A stretch of DNA of 64,000 nt, from positions 496,001 through 560,000 of the forward strand of contig RSEE01000007.1 of NCBI GenBank assembly GCA_003971905.1. The letters are read 5' to 3'. Under the pieces are notes generated by a model. The model made no database searches, was not told where the DNA came from, and saw only the letters and a program-made list of their open reading frames with translations. Below, piece after piece: positions 25,492-38,712 of the stretch. The DNA comes from Moniliella sp. 'wahieum' (Eukaryota). A program made the translations under genes and the position numbers. Positions within the stretch are counted from its first letter, which is position 1. Every line of letters starts with the position of its first letter.

Positions 25492-26764
25492 GCCCCCCCC
25501 CTTCAGGACATCCACGTCGATCTTCACCCATCTCTTCAATCCGCTAGCGCCCAACGAGGAAGCTTTTGACGTGAAAACACTGGCTTTTTCACGAAGTCCA
25601 CCGCGCTGGCCAGACACCCTGCGCCCAAGTGCTGAGTCCATGTCGGTATTTACTGCGTTACCAAGAATCAGAGTCGAACGACAGTAGGCCGAAGAGGAGG
25701 GAAGGTGCGACGCAATCCCTTTTACCACCCACACCCACCCGCCTGGGGCGATGTGTCCCCCCCTCGAACAGCTAGGCAGGCGTCTTCAACCTTGCCTTTC
25801 TCTCCTTCTCGTCGGCGCCCGCGATGCTGCCATCAGTGCCATATCCTCCTCCTGTTGCTCGTTGCAAGGTGCTCGATGCCTCCGACCGTCGGCTCGACGC
25901 AGCCAAAGCGGGGCGACTATATACGTAAATACTACTAGTGAGGCTTTGTCTTGCAGTGGTATGACGCGTCTTGTGACATGTGATCCCCCTGGCTTCCATC
26001 GTTCGCTTGGCTCGCCCATCGAACCTCGGACTAGGCCCCTCGCAGTGTTTGTTAGCTGATGTTTGTGAGGATGGGCATATGGAACAAATTAGCTGGATCC
26101 GGGTCCAGGCAGGGTGTGTGCTGAGTGCTGAGTACGGAGTATGGAGTGAGCTAGCTGCTCCCCCGTAGGGAACCCGAACTGGGATCGGCATGCGCGTCAC
26201 ACGCGTCCTCGATCGTCGCCCGACATGGGACAACCCGCACTCGCTCTTTCCTCTCGACAAACAACACCGTAGGGGCCACAAGAACAACAACAGCCGGCTA
26301 CTGGGGAGATGGGTTTACAGGGCTGAGGCAAAGAATACAGTAAAGAAAAAGACCGTGGGGACAATGCCAGGAAGAGGATGCCAAGTTGGGGCCAAGAAAA
26401 AGACACGGCACAACCTCAAGAAGCGCATGAAGCGCGAGAGCAAGGGGGGGGGCAAACAGGGCAAATGGAGGGAGTGGGAGGAAGAACACAAGAGAGAGGA
26501 GTTCAGCGGGGCCTAGCACAGTAAAAAGGAGGGAGGGGAGTTAGGAGGGAAAGTGGATAAGACGCAAGAAGGGCAATCTGAGACGGCGACGCAGGCAGGC
26601 AGACAGGCAGGCAGGCAGGTGCAAGCAAGTTTCCGTGTCCTTACCCTGTGCCAACGTACGCCAATCGGGCAGTCTCGCCGTTGCCCCGAAGCGCGCATCG
26701 TGGACGGCTGACAAACGACAATGCTCACTGGCCCCCCCCCGTGCGCGACGACGAGGGACCGAGG

Positions 26765-29700
26765 TTAACTGCAAATGACAATCTCCACCTTGCCAGAGTT
26801 GGTTTTGGCGCCTTCGAAGGCCAACGACACATCCTCATCGTTTTGCATTACCACCTTGTCGCCATCCTCGTCGACGTACTTGAGCCGAAGCCCCGACGGC
26901 GGCACCGCCTGTGGACCCACACACACGCGTACCTTCTCTGTCAACTTGGCGAGCAAGCCTTGGTACCCAATCGACGCCATCACCACTTGGGTCAACGCAG
27001 CCTCGCCCTCGGATTCGAATCGGATGCCAACAGTGACCACATACGAACGCTTCGAAGGCGATCCCGACACGGAGCCCGACACGGATCCCGACCCAGATTC
27101 CAGCCCGGGCCCGGGCCCCGGCCCATCCGAGCCCGAGTCCGCCGGACGGGGGTACGAGGCGAATGCGCCAACGACGGAGACGACTCTCGGCGGTCGAGCC
27201 CGTACTGAGCGGACGAGAATCCGGGACCAAGGGGGCGGCGAGGCCACCACTTGGGCTGCAATTACCGGGACCGGTTGTGCCGAGCTGGACAGCCGACTGG
27301 GCCGAGGAGGGTGCCCTTGCGATTGGCCACGCATGTGATGCGACGTGTGGTGCGGCGAGGGCGAGGGTGAGGGCGAGACGGTGGGTAAGGTGGCCCGCAC
27401 GGCAGAGAACTGCATGGGCGCAGGAAGGTGGTAGGCATGTTGCGGGTTGGACGCACTGCGCGTACGCAGCGCCAGCTCGTCGTCCGACTGGCCGGTAGCC
27501 CTGTAGGCCGAGGGGGGAACGACACGGCGGTCTCGAGCTAGGCCGGGCGGGGCGCACTGGGACGACGGTCGCTGGGTCGGTCGGCGCGAGTGGAACGAGG
27601 CGCAAGAAGGGGCAGCGTACTAACCCCCTGCGCGCGGGCTAACGCGAGCCGTGCATCTTCCGATGTTTCGGACGCTGCCGGACCCGCGCATCGGGCAGGC
27701 GTAGGTCCCCAGGGCCCATGCCTGGTATGGATGAGTGCCCCAACGGCGTCGAGCGCGACTGAAACGTAGGCGAAGAGACCGAGTCTTGACGCAGTCCTTC
27801 CACCCGATATCTAGTCTATCCACCGCCTGGCGTGGAAGGAGGCAAGGGGCTCGGACTCGGCCGAGAATCGGTCTGGCCAAGGCAAAGTAGCCTGGGTGGT
27901 CCGACACGGGTGGGCGGGAAGTGGGGTGGTCCCTGTGGTGGTAGAGGGCGCAGGGAGAGGAAATGGGTAGGAAACATGGAGCGTCCTGTTCCGCCCGGAG
28001 TAAACGGTGCGGGCGGGAGCACGGGAGGAGCCGAATTGGGCGGGCGCGCATGGGTCGCATCAGTCAAGTGAGGCGCGTAGGGCTTTTGCCGCCGCGACAA
28101 GGAGGCATCGTCCATCAAACGGTTGATGCTTGTCATCCACAGCCGCATCTTCCTCTTCGGACTTGCACTCGAGCACAAACGACTCCTGTTCCGTGTCGCC
28201 GCGCCAAAACACTTGCAGATTGTAACTGTCAGACGGGAAGGGCCGACCCACAAAAGGCATGGCAGCAGTGACATGTTGAGGAAAATGCGACCCTTGAGTT
28301 GCGGGGCCCTTATGTGACAGCTGCGCCGCGGCAGAGGCCTTTTGGGCTTTGGTCAGGAGCGGGTTGGGCTTCTTTTTAGATGCGTTCGCTGGCAGTTCTT
28401 GCAGCAGAGGAGGATCTTGCTGAAGAGGTAGACGATGTATTCTCGTCCTATCTCGCCCTTGTGGACAGTAAATGTGTCATAAGAGTAAGTGACCAAAAGT
28501 AGCGACATTGTGCCCTTTCCAGTCCTCCACCCGCATATCCAGATCTTTGATCGCTGGCTTGTTGTCCTGGATTCGTTGCAACTCGTTCACGTTCCACCAC
28601 ATTCTTGATGCTCGACAGCCAAGACGAAGCTCGTTTAGATTGGGTGCATCTAGGGGCGAACTGGATCAGTTGCTCGAGAATCAGTGGGTACTTGCAAATC
28701 CGCTGGACTGGCTTGATCAGGAACGATTGAGCCTCGTACATGGGATCAATGTAGCATTCGGCCGCCTCGGGCATCGACTTCATAGCCTGCACACCAAAAG
28801 TGTCAACCAGAGAATACGTCAGAAAACACACGAGGAGGAGGAAACCACGTACCATAATGTTGGCCGCCTCAAAACGGCAAATGTCAATCGCATGACGATA
28901 GTTGGCGCAGAAGGGCTCATAGACACCAAGTCTTCTCGAGCTGGGTGTGTGGAAACGGCGCCAAAGTGCTGGTCATCGATCGGTCGACGCGCGTTTCTTC
29001 AAAGCAGATGAGGAGGAGACGGCGTGCACATCCACCACGTGGTCCAAGTGCAAAAGATGGGTGGAGCGTGTCGGCGGAAAGAGTGGATTTTGGTAGAGGA
29101 GTTTGGCAAACGCCTGAAGCCTCTCAAGATGTGCACATACTGTCGCTCTGTTTCCAGCAGCTCTTTGACCACCGCTGCACGCTCGTGGTGGCGGGTAGGG
29201 CGTCTTGCGCATCACCTCGGCGGTCTCGCTCCCGCGCGGGTTCTGGCTTTCGGGAAGGAGCTTGCCCTTGGCCTCGAGAGCATCCAGCACGCTGCTTACC
29301 ATCTTGACGGCCGTGACAGGGCATGGGTGCTGTCGGAAAAGAGATGGGAGACGAAAAAGGTGTCGTCGCCGCTGATCTTGAGTTCCTGTTGGCACCCCAA
29401 TGACGAAGCGAGCAACGTATTTTGGCTTGTGGTGGGGTGCGCGGCATGACGTAGCCACTGGGAGAGGGAATGCCCTGTTCGGGGGTGAGCATGTCGGTCG
29501 GCACGGGCTTGGCTGGGTCCAGGTGGTTGAACAGCACACAGAGCGGCAGACCTAAGCGGAAGACTTGCCATAGCTGAGAGACGGGGTCACGGGGGGGGCC
29601 CTGGCGAGTCTGGGTGGAGGGGTCGGAGGGTGGAGAGTGGGAGGGTCGGAAGGGTCGGAGGCGTGGGGGGGGAGGGTGTGGGCGAGAAAAGCAGGGCCAA

Positions 29701-30004
29701 AGCCGTCGACGTGCCAGAGACGGTCACGGGTGCGAAGACAGGACTGGTAGAGAGAGGTGGCGCCGCCTTGCTTGGATGCAAGGGCTCCGGTGGGCATGCC
29801 AGAGATGAGGCATGCGCCAATGCCACGTCGGCATCGCTGGATGGGGGGAGGCGGGAGAGGGCCATGGGGGGGGCGGGGGTGGAGAGGGAGCCGGTGGCGG
29901 TGAGGGCGAGGGAGGTGTGCTGCTGGTGGCGGCGGTGGCGAAGGAGGACGTGGGGGTGCTGGGGGGGGGGGCGGGGAGGGCTGGACGGCGGCGAGGGGGG
30001 GCAT
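26765..30004 (-). CDS. CDC24: Cdc24/Scd1 GEF for Cdc42/Rac (CH-DH-PH-PB1)
   Basis: N-terminal SLYQSCLRTRDRL and DPVSQLWQVFRLGLPLCVLFNHL (CH); DH FLIKPVQRICKYPLILEQLI; PH NLQVFWRGDTEQESFVLECKSEE; PB1 LRLKYVDEDGDKVVMQNDEDVSLAFE; many indels. Confidence 0.92.
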
Positions 30005-30552
30005 GGTGGCGAGTGCGATGGCGGAGGCGGAGGGGGGGGCGGGGGCGAAGGGGGCGAGGTTGCGCGTGGGCCGGGGGGGCGGCGGGGCAGGGTCGATGGC
30101 GGGCGGGAGGGTGCCCTGCGGGGGGAAGAAAAGAGGTGGCCATGGCAGAAAACGGCGGCGCGAGTGCGCGCCCCCCAGTGTGTGGGGGCGGTGGGCTGGC
30201 GTGGGAGCAGCGGGCAGAAACAGAAAGCAGCACGAAACGCCGCCGACGACCGACACGGGCGAGTGGGCAGGCGGGCGGGCTGGCCCCCGGCCCAGCGGGC
30301 TGAGCGGTGACTAGTGACTGGTGACCGGTGACTATGCCAGGGGAAAGTGCCCCGTGCCAAGCGCTGGACGGATGCTAGTCTAGTCAGCAGCCGCCTGCCC
30401 CCAACCCCCGTCTCGGTCCAGCGTCTGCGTCAGATCTCAGATGCGTCTCGTCTCGGTCTGCGTCCCGTCCACACACCACATCCAGCGCCTCCCACGGCCA
30501 GCACAGGCATTGGCATGCCCCAGAAGCTTCAGGCCCGGCGTGACGCTGACGC

Positions 30553-30640
30553 TCCAAGCTCCAAGCTCCAAGCTCCAAACGCGAAGCTCCAAGCTCCAAA
30601 CGCGAAGCTCCAAGCTCCAAACGCGAAGCTCCAAGCTCCC
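30553..30640 (+). repeat. (CCAAGCT)n heptamer repeat with a 21-bp higher-order unit
   Basis: ccaagctccaagctccaagctccaaacgcgaagctccaagctccaaacgcgaagctccaagctccaaacgcgaagctccaagct. Confidence 0.85.
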
Positions 30641-33071
30641 CGCTAGCTTAGTCAGCGCTGCCGGCGCTGCCATCCACTGCTGCCCACTGCCCCTGGGCGA
30701 CAGGTTCCGGTGCATCATGCATCATGCATCATGCATCAACCATCCCCGGGCCAGGCGGCTGCCGTCTGCTGCCTCCTGCGGCCAGCTGCCAGATCCTTCG
30801 TTCAATTTCATATTTCATCCACCGCGGTCACATGCACCTGACCACACATGCCCACCCCACCAGCCGCCGCTTGCCCTTCTCAGAGTACCCGGTCCTCCGT
30901 CACGCGTCACGCGTCACGCATCATACTCACCTACTCAGCACCCCGTCCTACCCATTCACGGACTCAGGCGCAGAGCCACCAGCGCTCGTTTCAGGTGCTG
31001 AGCGCTGGCTGACTGGTGGTGACCCGGTGACGACGTGTGACTGGGGACTAGGGACGGAGGCACTGGCCCGCAACACCGAGTGCGCCCGAGCAGCCACCCG
31101 CACTGCGCCAGCTGCCTTGCGCATCAGCGCATGATGCGTCAGTGCTACGTCCTCGAGTACGTGAGTACTGAGTTACAGAGTAGGTCAGCGAACTCCCACC
31201 GGCAACTCAACTGCTCCTGCGCGCTTGGCCCTTCGATCTGGTGTGCGACGCGCTAGATCCGGGCAGCGGTGGCCGGTTAGACATTTGAAACATTCATGCA
31301 GGGCCAAGGGCCGAAGGCCTAACCGACCCACGGCCTAATCATTCAACCAAGCCACGCTTCCCCGGCGTGGGCCACTGATCCGTGACGCAGTGGCATGCGT
31401 GACGCGATAATAAGCGATCGATACTCCAAGCCCACGGTAGTCACCAAAATGCTGCGCGTCTTTGTACTGGAAGATGCCGGGTGGCTCCCATTTTCCCTGT
31501 CGAACGCCATCGCAGCACCGGCGTGTCTCGCCTCTCTGCGCTCAACATACTCACCCTACCTCAACCATCCGCCCCTGCTGCTGCTGCTTTTGCCTTGCCA
31601 AGGATGCAGCACGAGACTGGTGGCATGCCGGCGGCAGCTTTTGGCGACTCCGGATTCGCCTGTCGGTGGTGCGTAGACATGTGCTTGCCCCTAGCCCGTG
31701 ATGGGCTGCTGCATATACGCACGCCATGCGCGCTGCGCTGGCGTGGCACAAGCGGTCTTTGAGGCACTGCTTTTGACAAGCTTGATACGTGGGGTTCCTA
31801 ACCGTGGGGCCTCTCCACTTGGCGCTGGCCCCTTGTATACCTGCCGGCACACCAGTGCGAGGGCAGAATGCGGGATGGAGGATGGAAGAGGATGGTCGAT
31901 GGTCATTAATCATTAACTGAATTTGCCACTGGCCCCTTGCCAAGCAAACCCACCCCGAAAACCCCTCTAGCCTTCTCCCGCCTCTCCCCAAAAAAGGGTA
32001 AACACCACCGAGCGGTCGCGGGCCTATCCAGATTTCAGACTCCACATTGCGGCCACCCGGCGACAAAAGGCGGCGAAGGGGATTGTGCCCACCGATACGT
32101 CCGACACCCAGTACACCTTAGGCCACCCCAGATACCCTGGTTTCATTGACTTGCACCAGACTGAGTAACTGAGCCCTCATTTGGAGTACCCGGCTAGTGC
32201 CCATATAGATCTCAGAACCTTAACCTCATCTCTTGTTTTTCCAGCTCTTTCTAGCGTCTTTGGGATATCTCTTTTACCTCCTGCCTGCCCTTCCGTCTTG
32301 ACGTTTTACGTTAAGTTAAACGTTTAACCGTTTTGAGGCTTTGCATGTTACACGAGCTTATACACGCCTTGTGCTATATACCGTGGTTTTTGCAGTTACA
32401 AAACTTACTAGTTATACTTGGCATTGAAGTTTGAAGGCCCCTATACGTGACGCGTGACACCTCATCGGCATCACCGTGATACAGGATGTGCACCCTTCGA
32501 ATCGCCTCGGATCTCGCCAGGAGTCAATGAGATGGAGGTCGGAACCAAGTCTCCGTGAAAGATCATAAGATCAGAAGCTTGAAGCTTGAAGACCGAGATT
32601 TGGCTAGTTGACTGGCGCCCGGCCACTTGGAAATTTGAACATTGTCCAAGTCGCCAATTTTATTGCACGCTACTAAGCGTTGTTACATCTTACACGACGT
32701 TTTAACAATGCGGTTAATGCCCCCTTTCCAAAAAGGGGGGTCTCGTCTACTACTAGATGTCTGCCCAGCCCTGTCTGCCCCTGGCCTCGCATCAGTGTGA
32801 GGCTCACATGTTTGACTCTCTTTCTTTCCCTTTCCTCTTAGTTTTTTTCTTCCATCCTTCCTTCTTTCCTCTTCCTTAGCCGCTCCCAAAGGTGAGACCC
32901 CAACGGTGGTGCCACACACAGGGGCCGTGGCACCGTTAGTGCAAGCCCCGTTCACACGTTCACACTTTAATTCTCAGTTCTCAGTGCATTGCTTGCCATA
33001 TTCTTTCTTGGAGGGTACAGGAGAATGATTAATGAACGTTGAACGTACGTTGAACATGAACGTATGAATTC

Positions 33072-33142
33072 TGCATCCATGTCGTTGACAGAGAGCTTAA
33101 GGCTGGGACAAAGAAACGCTAAGCCTAAACGACCCGTTCATC
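33072..33142 (+). repeat. About 70-bp dispersed repeat, probably a decayed LTR end, copy 2
   Basis: Aligns with 9352-9420, including an exact gagcttaaggctgggacaaagaaacgct core. Confidence 0.65.
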
Positions 33143-34125
33143 TTGCGTGTGTGCTGCATGGTAGCACCAACCCCGCTTAGGGAACCAGGGGAATCGCCAG
33201 GAGATCAGGACCGTCTTTTGGTGCCCGCCATCCGTTCCCATAATACCCGAGGTAGCGCGCGTAGACACGGACGAACGTGATAGACATCCGAGCGAGGAAC
33301 CATTTCCATTGAGAGTCAGTACCCAGTAGTCAAATCCTTCCAGTGCCCGAGCATCTGTATACCCTCTGGCCTCTCGGTCGCCCTGGGATCAACATGTTGT
33401 GCAACGGACAATCATTAATCACCATCAACTAACTGCCTCCTGCTCTCTGGCCCTCGACATCATCAAACTGAGGCAGACGCGCCCGCGTTATGGTGACGGT
33501 GACGGGGGACGATTGAATAATGATGTTGATTGAAGCCCTGCGCGTTCGCATAGCCTTTCGCGCCTCTTCACTCCCTCTCCTCCCTCGATCGGCGGCGGAT
33601 CGATGGTCAGATCATAGAGGATCAATCAGATCGACCATCGACCATCGACCATCGATCACAAATCACATTTGAGCACCTTTGTTGCGGAGCATCACCCCGA
33701 CGCGCGCGATACAGGGAAGATTGCTGTGGGTTGTTGAGATCGAGGATAGAGGTTTAGGGGCGTGAAAATCCTAGCCACCGGTCGGCCATAGGCCGTACCT
33801 CCCGTGTCAGAAAGGTTGGCTTACGAGGGGCGCAACACTGCCGATGATATCGTAATGCCAGGGATTTTCTTCCTCCGTCGCAGGCAGCTATCCACAAGAG
33901 GGGGTTCTGAATGCGTGTACATCATGGAAATAACAATAAAAAACAAGTCAAGATGGATGGTGAGAGGTTGAGATGTGAGAAGGGAGCAGAATAAAAGAGA
34001 GCCAACTAGAAGAACAGGAAGCAAAGACAAGTAACATGCCTCAAGAAACGCCAGAGGGCCAGCGGCCAGGGTGGGCGAGAGTGCCAGCAACCGCGACTTG
34101 GCACGTACCGCGAAACGGCACGGGT

Positions 34126-37100
34126 TCAAGCGTTCCCTGCCTCGGAAGGCAACGGTGTCGTCGGGGAAGAGAAGGACCAGATGCGAACCGTATGATCGTC
34201 TGAGCCCGACACGATCTTATCGTCGCCCAACGCGACGGATGTCACGGGCGCCGTGTGGCCCACCAAGGTGGACTCGCACGCGCCCGTGTCCCGGTCCCAC
34301 ACCTTGACCGTCCGATCGTGCGAGGCCGAGACGATGCGCAGATTGTCCGAGTCCACCGCCCAGACGCCTTCGACGTGGCCAAAGATCGTCCGCACACACA
34401 AGCCCGTCAACACATCAAACACTTTGAGCGTGTTGTCCAGACTGCCACTGATCAACAGGGGCGTTGCGCCGCACAGCCCGCCTCGTCACTTGCATCCACC
34501 GGCGGTACCACACTAAACTTACTCGCCGTACCCAGATCCGAATCGGCTCCCTGGCCAAATAGTGCATAATAAAAATCGGGCAGTTCCCCATCCGCCGGCA
34601 AGGCCGGCGCCAGACCCGCGTCGGACAAGATGTGGTGCAAGCGGTCAAGGTGCTTGGGGAGCTTGGACCGCTTGCGGGGGGGTGCCAACCCAAGAGAGTG
34701 CAACCGATCATCCTCGTCCCGCCCTTCTTCTTGCCAGGCAAACTCGGGCGCATCGTCCCGTTGGAGCGGATGGAGAGGCTCAAACTGTGCCGGGCCCGTA
34801 CGCGCCCGTAGGGCTCGGTGTCGCCGAGCGCAGGCGCGGGGAGGCTCGGTAGGCGGCAGAGCGGCGTGGGCAAAGAACGGAGGAGGGAGGTCAGGCTGGT
34901 TGGTATTGGCTTGGCGGCCGCCAGGGACATTGGAAGGGTTGTAACCGCACCGTGTCCCGTCGTCAGGGCGGACCCACTGCCAACATCGGCATCAAACCGA
35001 GGCCGACGTCCTCGGGACCTCTCCGTGGTAGCAGTGGTACTTGCCTTGGAGTGCGACGAGGCGGTGGACAGGTGCCGCTGTCCCAGACGAAGCAGGGTGG
35101 CAGGGTCCATCATGGTAAATTTGATGCTCTGGACCTGGGTAACGTGTCCTTCATACGTCATCAGACACTCGCGCGTCCGCAAGTCCCACAACTTGATTGT
35201 CGTATCGTCCGAGGCGGAGAACAAAAAGGCGGGACGCTCCTTCGCTTCTCCGTCTCTGGCCTCGGACGACGGGGTGGGGCTTGGGTGGGGTCCAGAGGTG
35301 GACCGCATTGATCCAATCTTGGTGGCCCGAAGAGTAAAGCATTCTCCCGAACGAAAGTTCCATACTTTGATCTCCGAGTCGGCCGAGCCCGAAGCCAAGA
35401 TATCATCATTAAAGTGCAAGCACACAATGCCTGCCGTGTGGCCTTCCAAAGTACGGTACAGCGCGCCCGTGCGCCAGTTCCAGATCTTGAGCGTCCGATC
35501 CATCGAGCCCGTAATCAGCTTAAAATCGTCAAACTGAAGACAACGTACCCCACGGGTGTGGCCACGCAGCACACGCAACTCCTTCCCCGTCTCCATGTCC
35601 CAGACGCGGGCGGTACGATCATAGCTGCCCGTGATGACCACCGACGAGGGGAAGTGGTTGAGCGTTTCGCTAAACTTGAGGCACATGATGCCGTCAGTGT
35701 GGCCCCGAGTTCCTTGACACCATAGCGACCACGACGCCAGTTGCGCTCGATCACCAGGCGTTCGCAATACACACTCTTCCACGGCCGGGTCAAAACGGGG
35801 GCGGGTGGGGGCCAGACCATTGGACCCAGGAACGGGGATGGTACCGCAGCCAGGCACGGAACTCCCTTGGGACGGAGAGGAAGCCCGCGGTGCGCTCGAT
35901 GACAGTGGCACGCTCGCCGTCGGCACTACCTGTTGGCCCGCCTGAGAGTCACTGGCCATATTTTGCCGCGCACGTTTGGTCGCCCGACACGATTCTTGCT
36001 CCGTCGTGTCGTCCAAGCTACCACTCGACGGTCGAGCACGCTTCTCCAGTGCGGCCGCATTGGCCTTGGCGGTGATCGAACGCTTCAACCCTCCGGGCCC
36101 CTCCGAAGAGGGGGTAGAGGAGAGACTTGAAGTATGCGAAGGCTCAGATACAGACGGATGAGGGTCTGGTAGGGTGGTCCGTCCAAGCCTGTCGTGTGTT
36201 CAGTCCCCGGACGGGCGATTGAGCAGGAGATGACGAACTGGTAGCTGGAACGAGGTGAGACTGGGTAGGGACAGGGGCATTCGTACCTGTCGTGGAGAAT
36301 GCTCGTGGTAGCGGCCGCCGGCGAAGGAGCAGACTGAGCCACATAGGGGGCTCGGCGCCGCTTTTTGTCGCTTACAAAGGCAGACCCCACCCGCACTTTT
36401 CACATTTGCGCTCAATATGCTGGGCACACATGGACCGCCACAGAAGATCGTCGTCAGCCAAATCGCGCCAACGCCGACTCACTTGAGCAGCGCGGCCGAG
36501 GGTCATGGCGTCGGTATAGCCCAAGACCTTAAGGCTGATTTCCCGGGGAAAAGCTGATGCTGAATGGTCGAAACGGGTAGATTTGGTCAGCTCGGTGCTG
36601 AGGAGCGAGAGTTCGAGAAGCACACATGGTTAAAATGCCTTGGAGAATGAGAGCACGCCGGTGGTGAGACGAGGCACTAAAGATGGACCACACTGTATTG
36701 ACCCCCGCTGGTCAGTCAGCGGCAGCGACTCGATCGACTGGAGAGCAAGAAAAGGTACAGTAAGTACGCTGTGGTGCAGATACACGAACCCGAATGGAAC
36801 ACACATACTTTTTGGAGCTTGGCCGTGGTGCCTTCATCCGCCATGCGCTGGTGGCGAACACACAGTTTCCGCGACGGTGGAGGGACGAGCGGAGTGCTGG
36901 AGATGACCAGGCCATCAGCCGTGGGCGTCAGCCCGTGGCCAAGGTCAGCACCGGGAGGCAAAGGCGAGGCAGGAGATGATGAAGTGGCTTGCAGGTTGGG
37001 AGCGTCGATGCCGCTGGTGGCAGCGGAGGGGGAAGGGGCAGGAGATGTGGCGGCCGACATGGCAGAGACATGGGGGGGGTCGTCCAGGAGGCCAGGAGGG

Positions 37101-37300
37101 AGGAGCGGCTGGGCAGGGGGACGGATGGCGGGTGGCGAGATGGCTGTCGGGGCGGGCGTCATAGCGGGCGCACAAGCGAGGGAAACGGGGGCAGGGGAAG
37201 AGGAGGGGGAAGAGGAGGAGGTTACGTCGTGTTCGAGGCGCTTGCGCTTGACGTTGACATGAAGGGGCGAGCAATCGGACGCAGGGGGTGGCTGGCGCGG
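34126..37300 (-). CDS. MET30: F-box/WD40 sulfur-controller protein (Met30/SconB/SCON-2 family); start uncertain
   Basis: [16 protein letters not shown]-box [79 protein letters not shown]40 repeats [33 protein letters not shown] intron near 36738-36808. Confidence 0.9.
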
Positions 37301-37599
37301 TAGGGTGAACGGAGGAGGGGCAGCAGGGGAGCAAGCGTCGACGCTGTCAATGGGAGGGTGGCTGGAGAGTGGTCCATGCTGGCTGCTGGCGATGACACCC
37401 AACTCCCAATTTGGGGCTGGGATTAAGTGGGGCGGGGGATGGGAAGGCAGTGGCCAGCGAATGTGTGTTCGCTTGGAGGGGCGAAAGGAAGAGCAGGAAG
37501 AGGAAGAAAAGAGGAAGAGGACGGGTGGGTGAAGCGGGTGAGGGCGAAAAGACGCGATGGGCGGATGGCATGACGCCTGGGACGCCGTAGTACACGGCG

Positions 37600-37730
37600 T
37601 GCTCGTACTCATCGATCATCGAGCCTCATTCAACTCAGTGTGAGTACTGAGTAAGTGCTGAGGCTCCGAGTACAAGTCGGATAAACGCTATCATGATGCA
37701 AAAACTAATGATCGATGATCGATGATCGCA
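37600..37730. repeat. TSA+palindrome array upstream of MET30
   Basis: tcatcgatcatcga near 37609; tgagtactga 37641; (tgatcga)x2-tgatcg 37709-37728. Confidence 0.75.
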
Positions 37731-38206
37731 ATCCAACTCAAACGAAATCCTCCTCGGGCAAAGCAGCCAAGCACCCTTTGCCGACCTCCTTTGCTACCGT
37801 CGCCCATCCAGCGCGTCCAACGCCGGCTCCCCACCAGCAATTCACACCACTCGCGCTGCTTTTCTCCGATGGATTTTTATCATCCCCCTTTATTTACTAG
37901 CACGCCATCTGTCGTGCGGCCCCATAATGCAATCTTTCAGTACGAATGTGATATTTCAGTAGGCCATGGGATGAGCATGAGTCATCCACATCATCACACA
38001 GGCCTCCCTCCATCAAGCATTAAGCATCCTACATCCACCCCATCCCATAGCACGGTGTGGCGCAAACGCCTGTGCCCAGCGAACTGAGTCCGCCATCGCA
38101 ACCTTCCAGTGCACCTGCCGTCACCCGGTCAATGGATAACCCTTTTTTCTGAATCTGTCCTCGAGAACATCAAGATTGGTAACCGGTAAGGGGATGGTGC
38201 TAAAAG

Positions 38207-38443
38207 TGGTGAGACCTGGAGTCCAGATGGTCCTCGAGGGTGATGCAATCTCACTGGTGGTGGTGGTGGTCTAAGCGCCTAAGCCAAGCAGCAACGCCTA
38301 CAGAGGAACATCAAGCAGCGAATCGCCACCAGGGGCTAAGCTGCGGAACAAGGAAAAACAGGTGAGAAAACAACGGAACTCCCAGGCCTGAGGAGGAACT
38401 GAAGGGACATTGGCCAAAGCACGAGCCACCTGATGGCTCAACA
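38207..38443. mobile_element. Solo LTR, family B, copy 1, with 5-bp TSD AAAAG
   Basis: TG..CA termini (tggtgag...ctcaaca); AAAAG at 38202-38206 and 38444-38448; homologous over its full length to 56895-57125. Confidence 0.88.
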
Positions 38444-38712
38444 AAAAGGCACGCTCATCGGTTAATTGCAGTTTTCCGAGACCTTCCCTACTTTGTATGG
38501 CGTAGAGTTAGTTAGTTAAGCTTCTGTCTCGTCTAGTTTAAGCTCACGCATGACCCATGTACCCAGAGCGCAAAACGCACAGAGATATAAGGGAAACGTT
38601 AATTGCAGCAAGAGCCTGACGGCGAGTGCTGGAACCAATGGGAGAGAAGGAATGAACCCAATGGGGGAAATGAGGTAAGGGGAGCGAAGGAAGGAAGGAA
38701 CAAAGACGGTGA

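Larger units (their letters stand above)
30301..33660. repeat. Long intergenic region upstream of CDC24 with many TSA+palindrome arrays
   Basis: tga-ctag-tga-ctgg-tga-ccgg-tga 30308-30331; (tcatgca)x3 30715-30738; (tcacgcg)x2 30900; tgagtactga 31162; (tcattaa)x2 31903; tgaagcttga 32580; tga-ttaa-tga-acgt-tga-acgt 33026-33046; (ccatcga)x3-tca near 33635. Confidence 0.85.
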
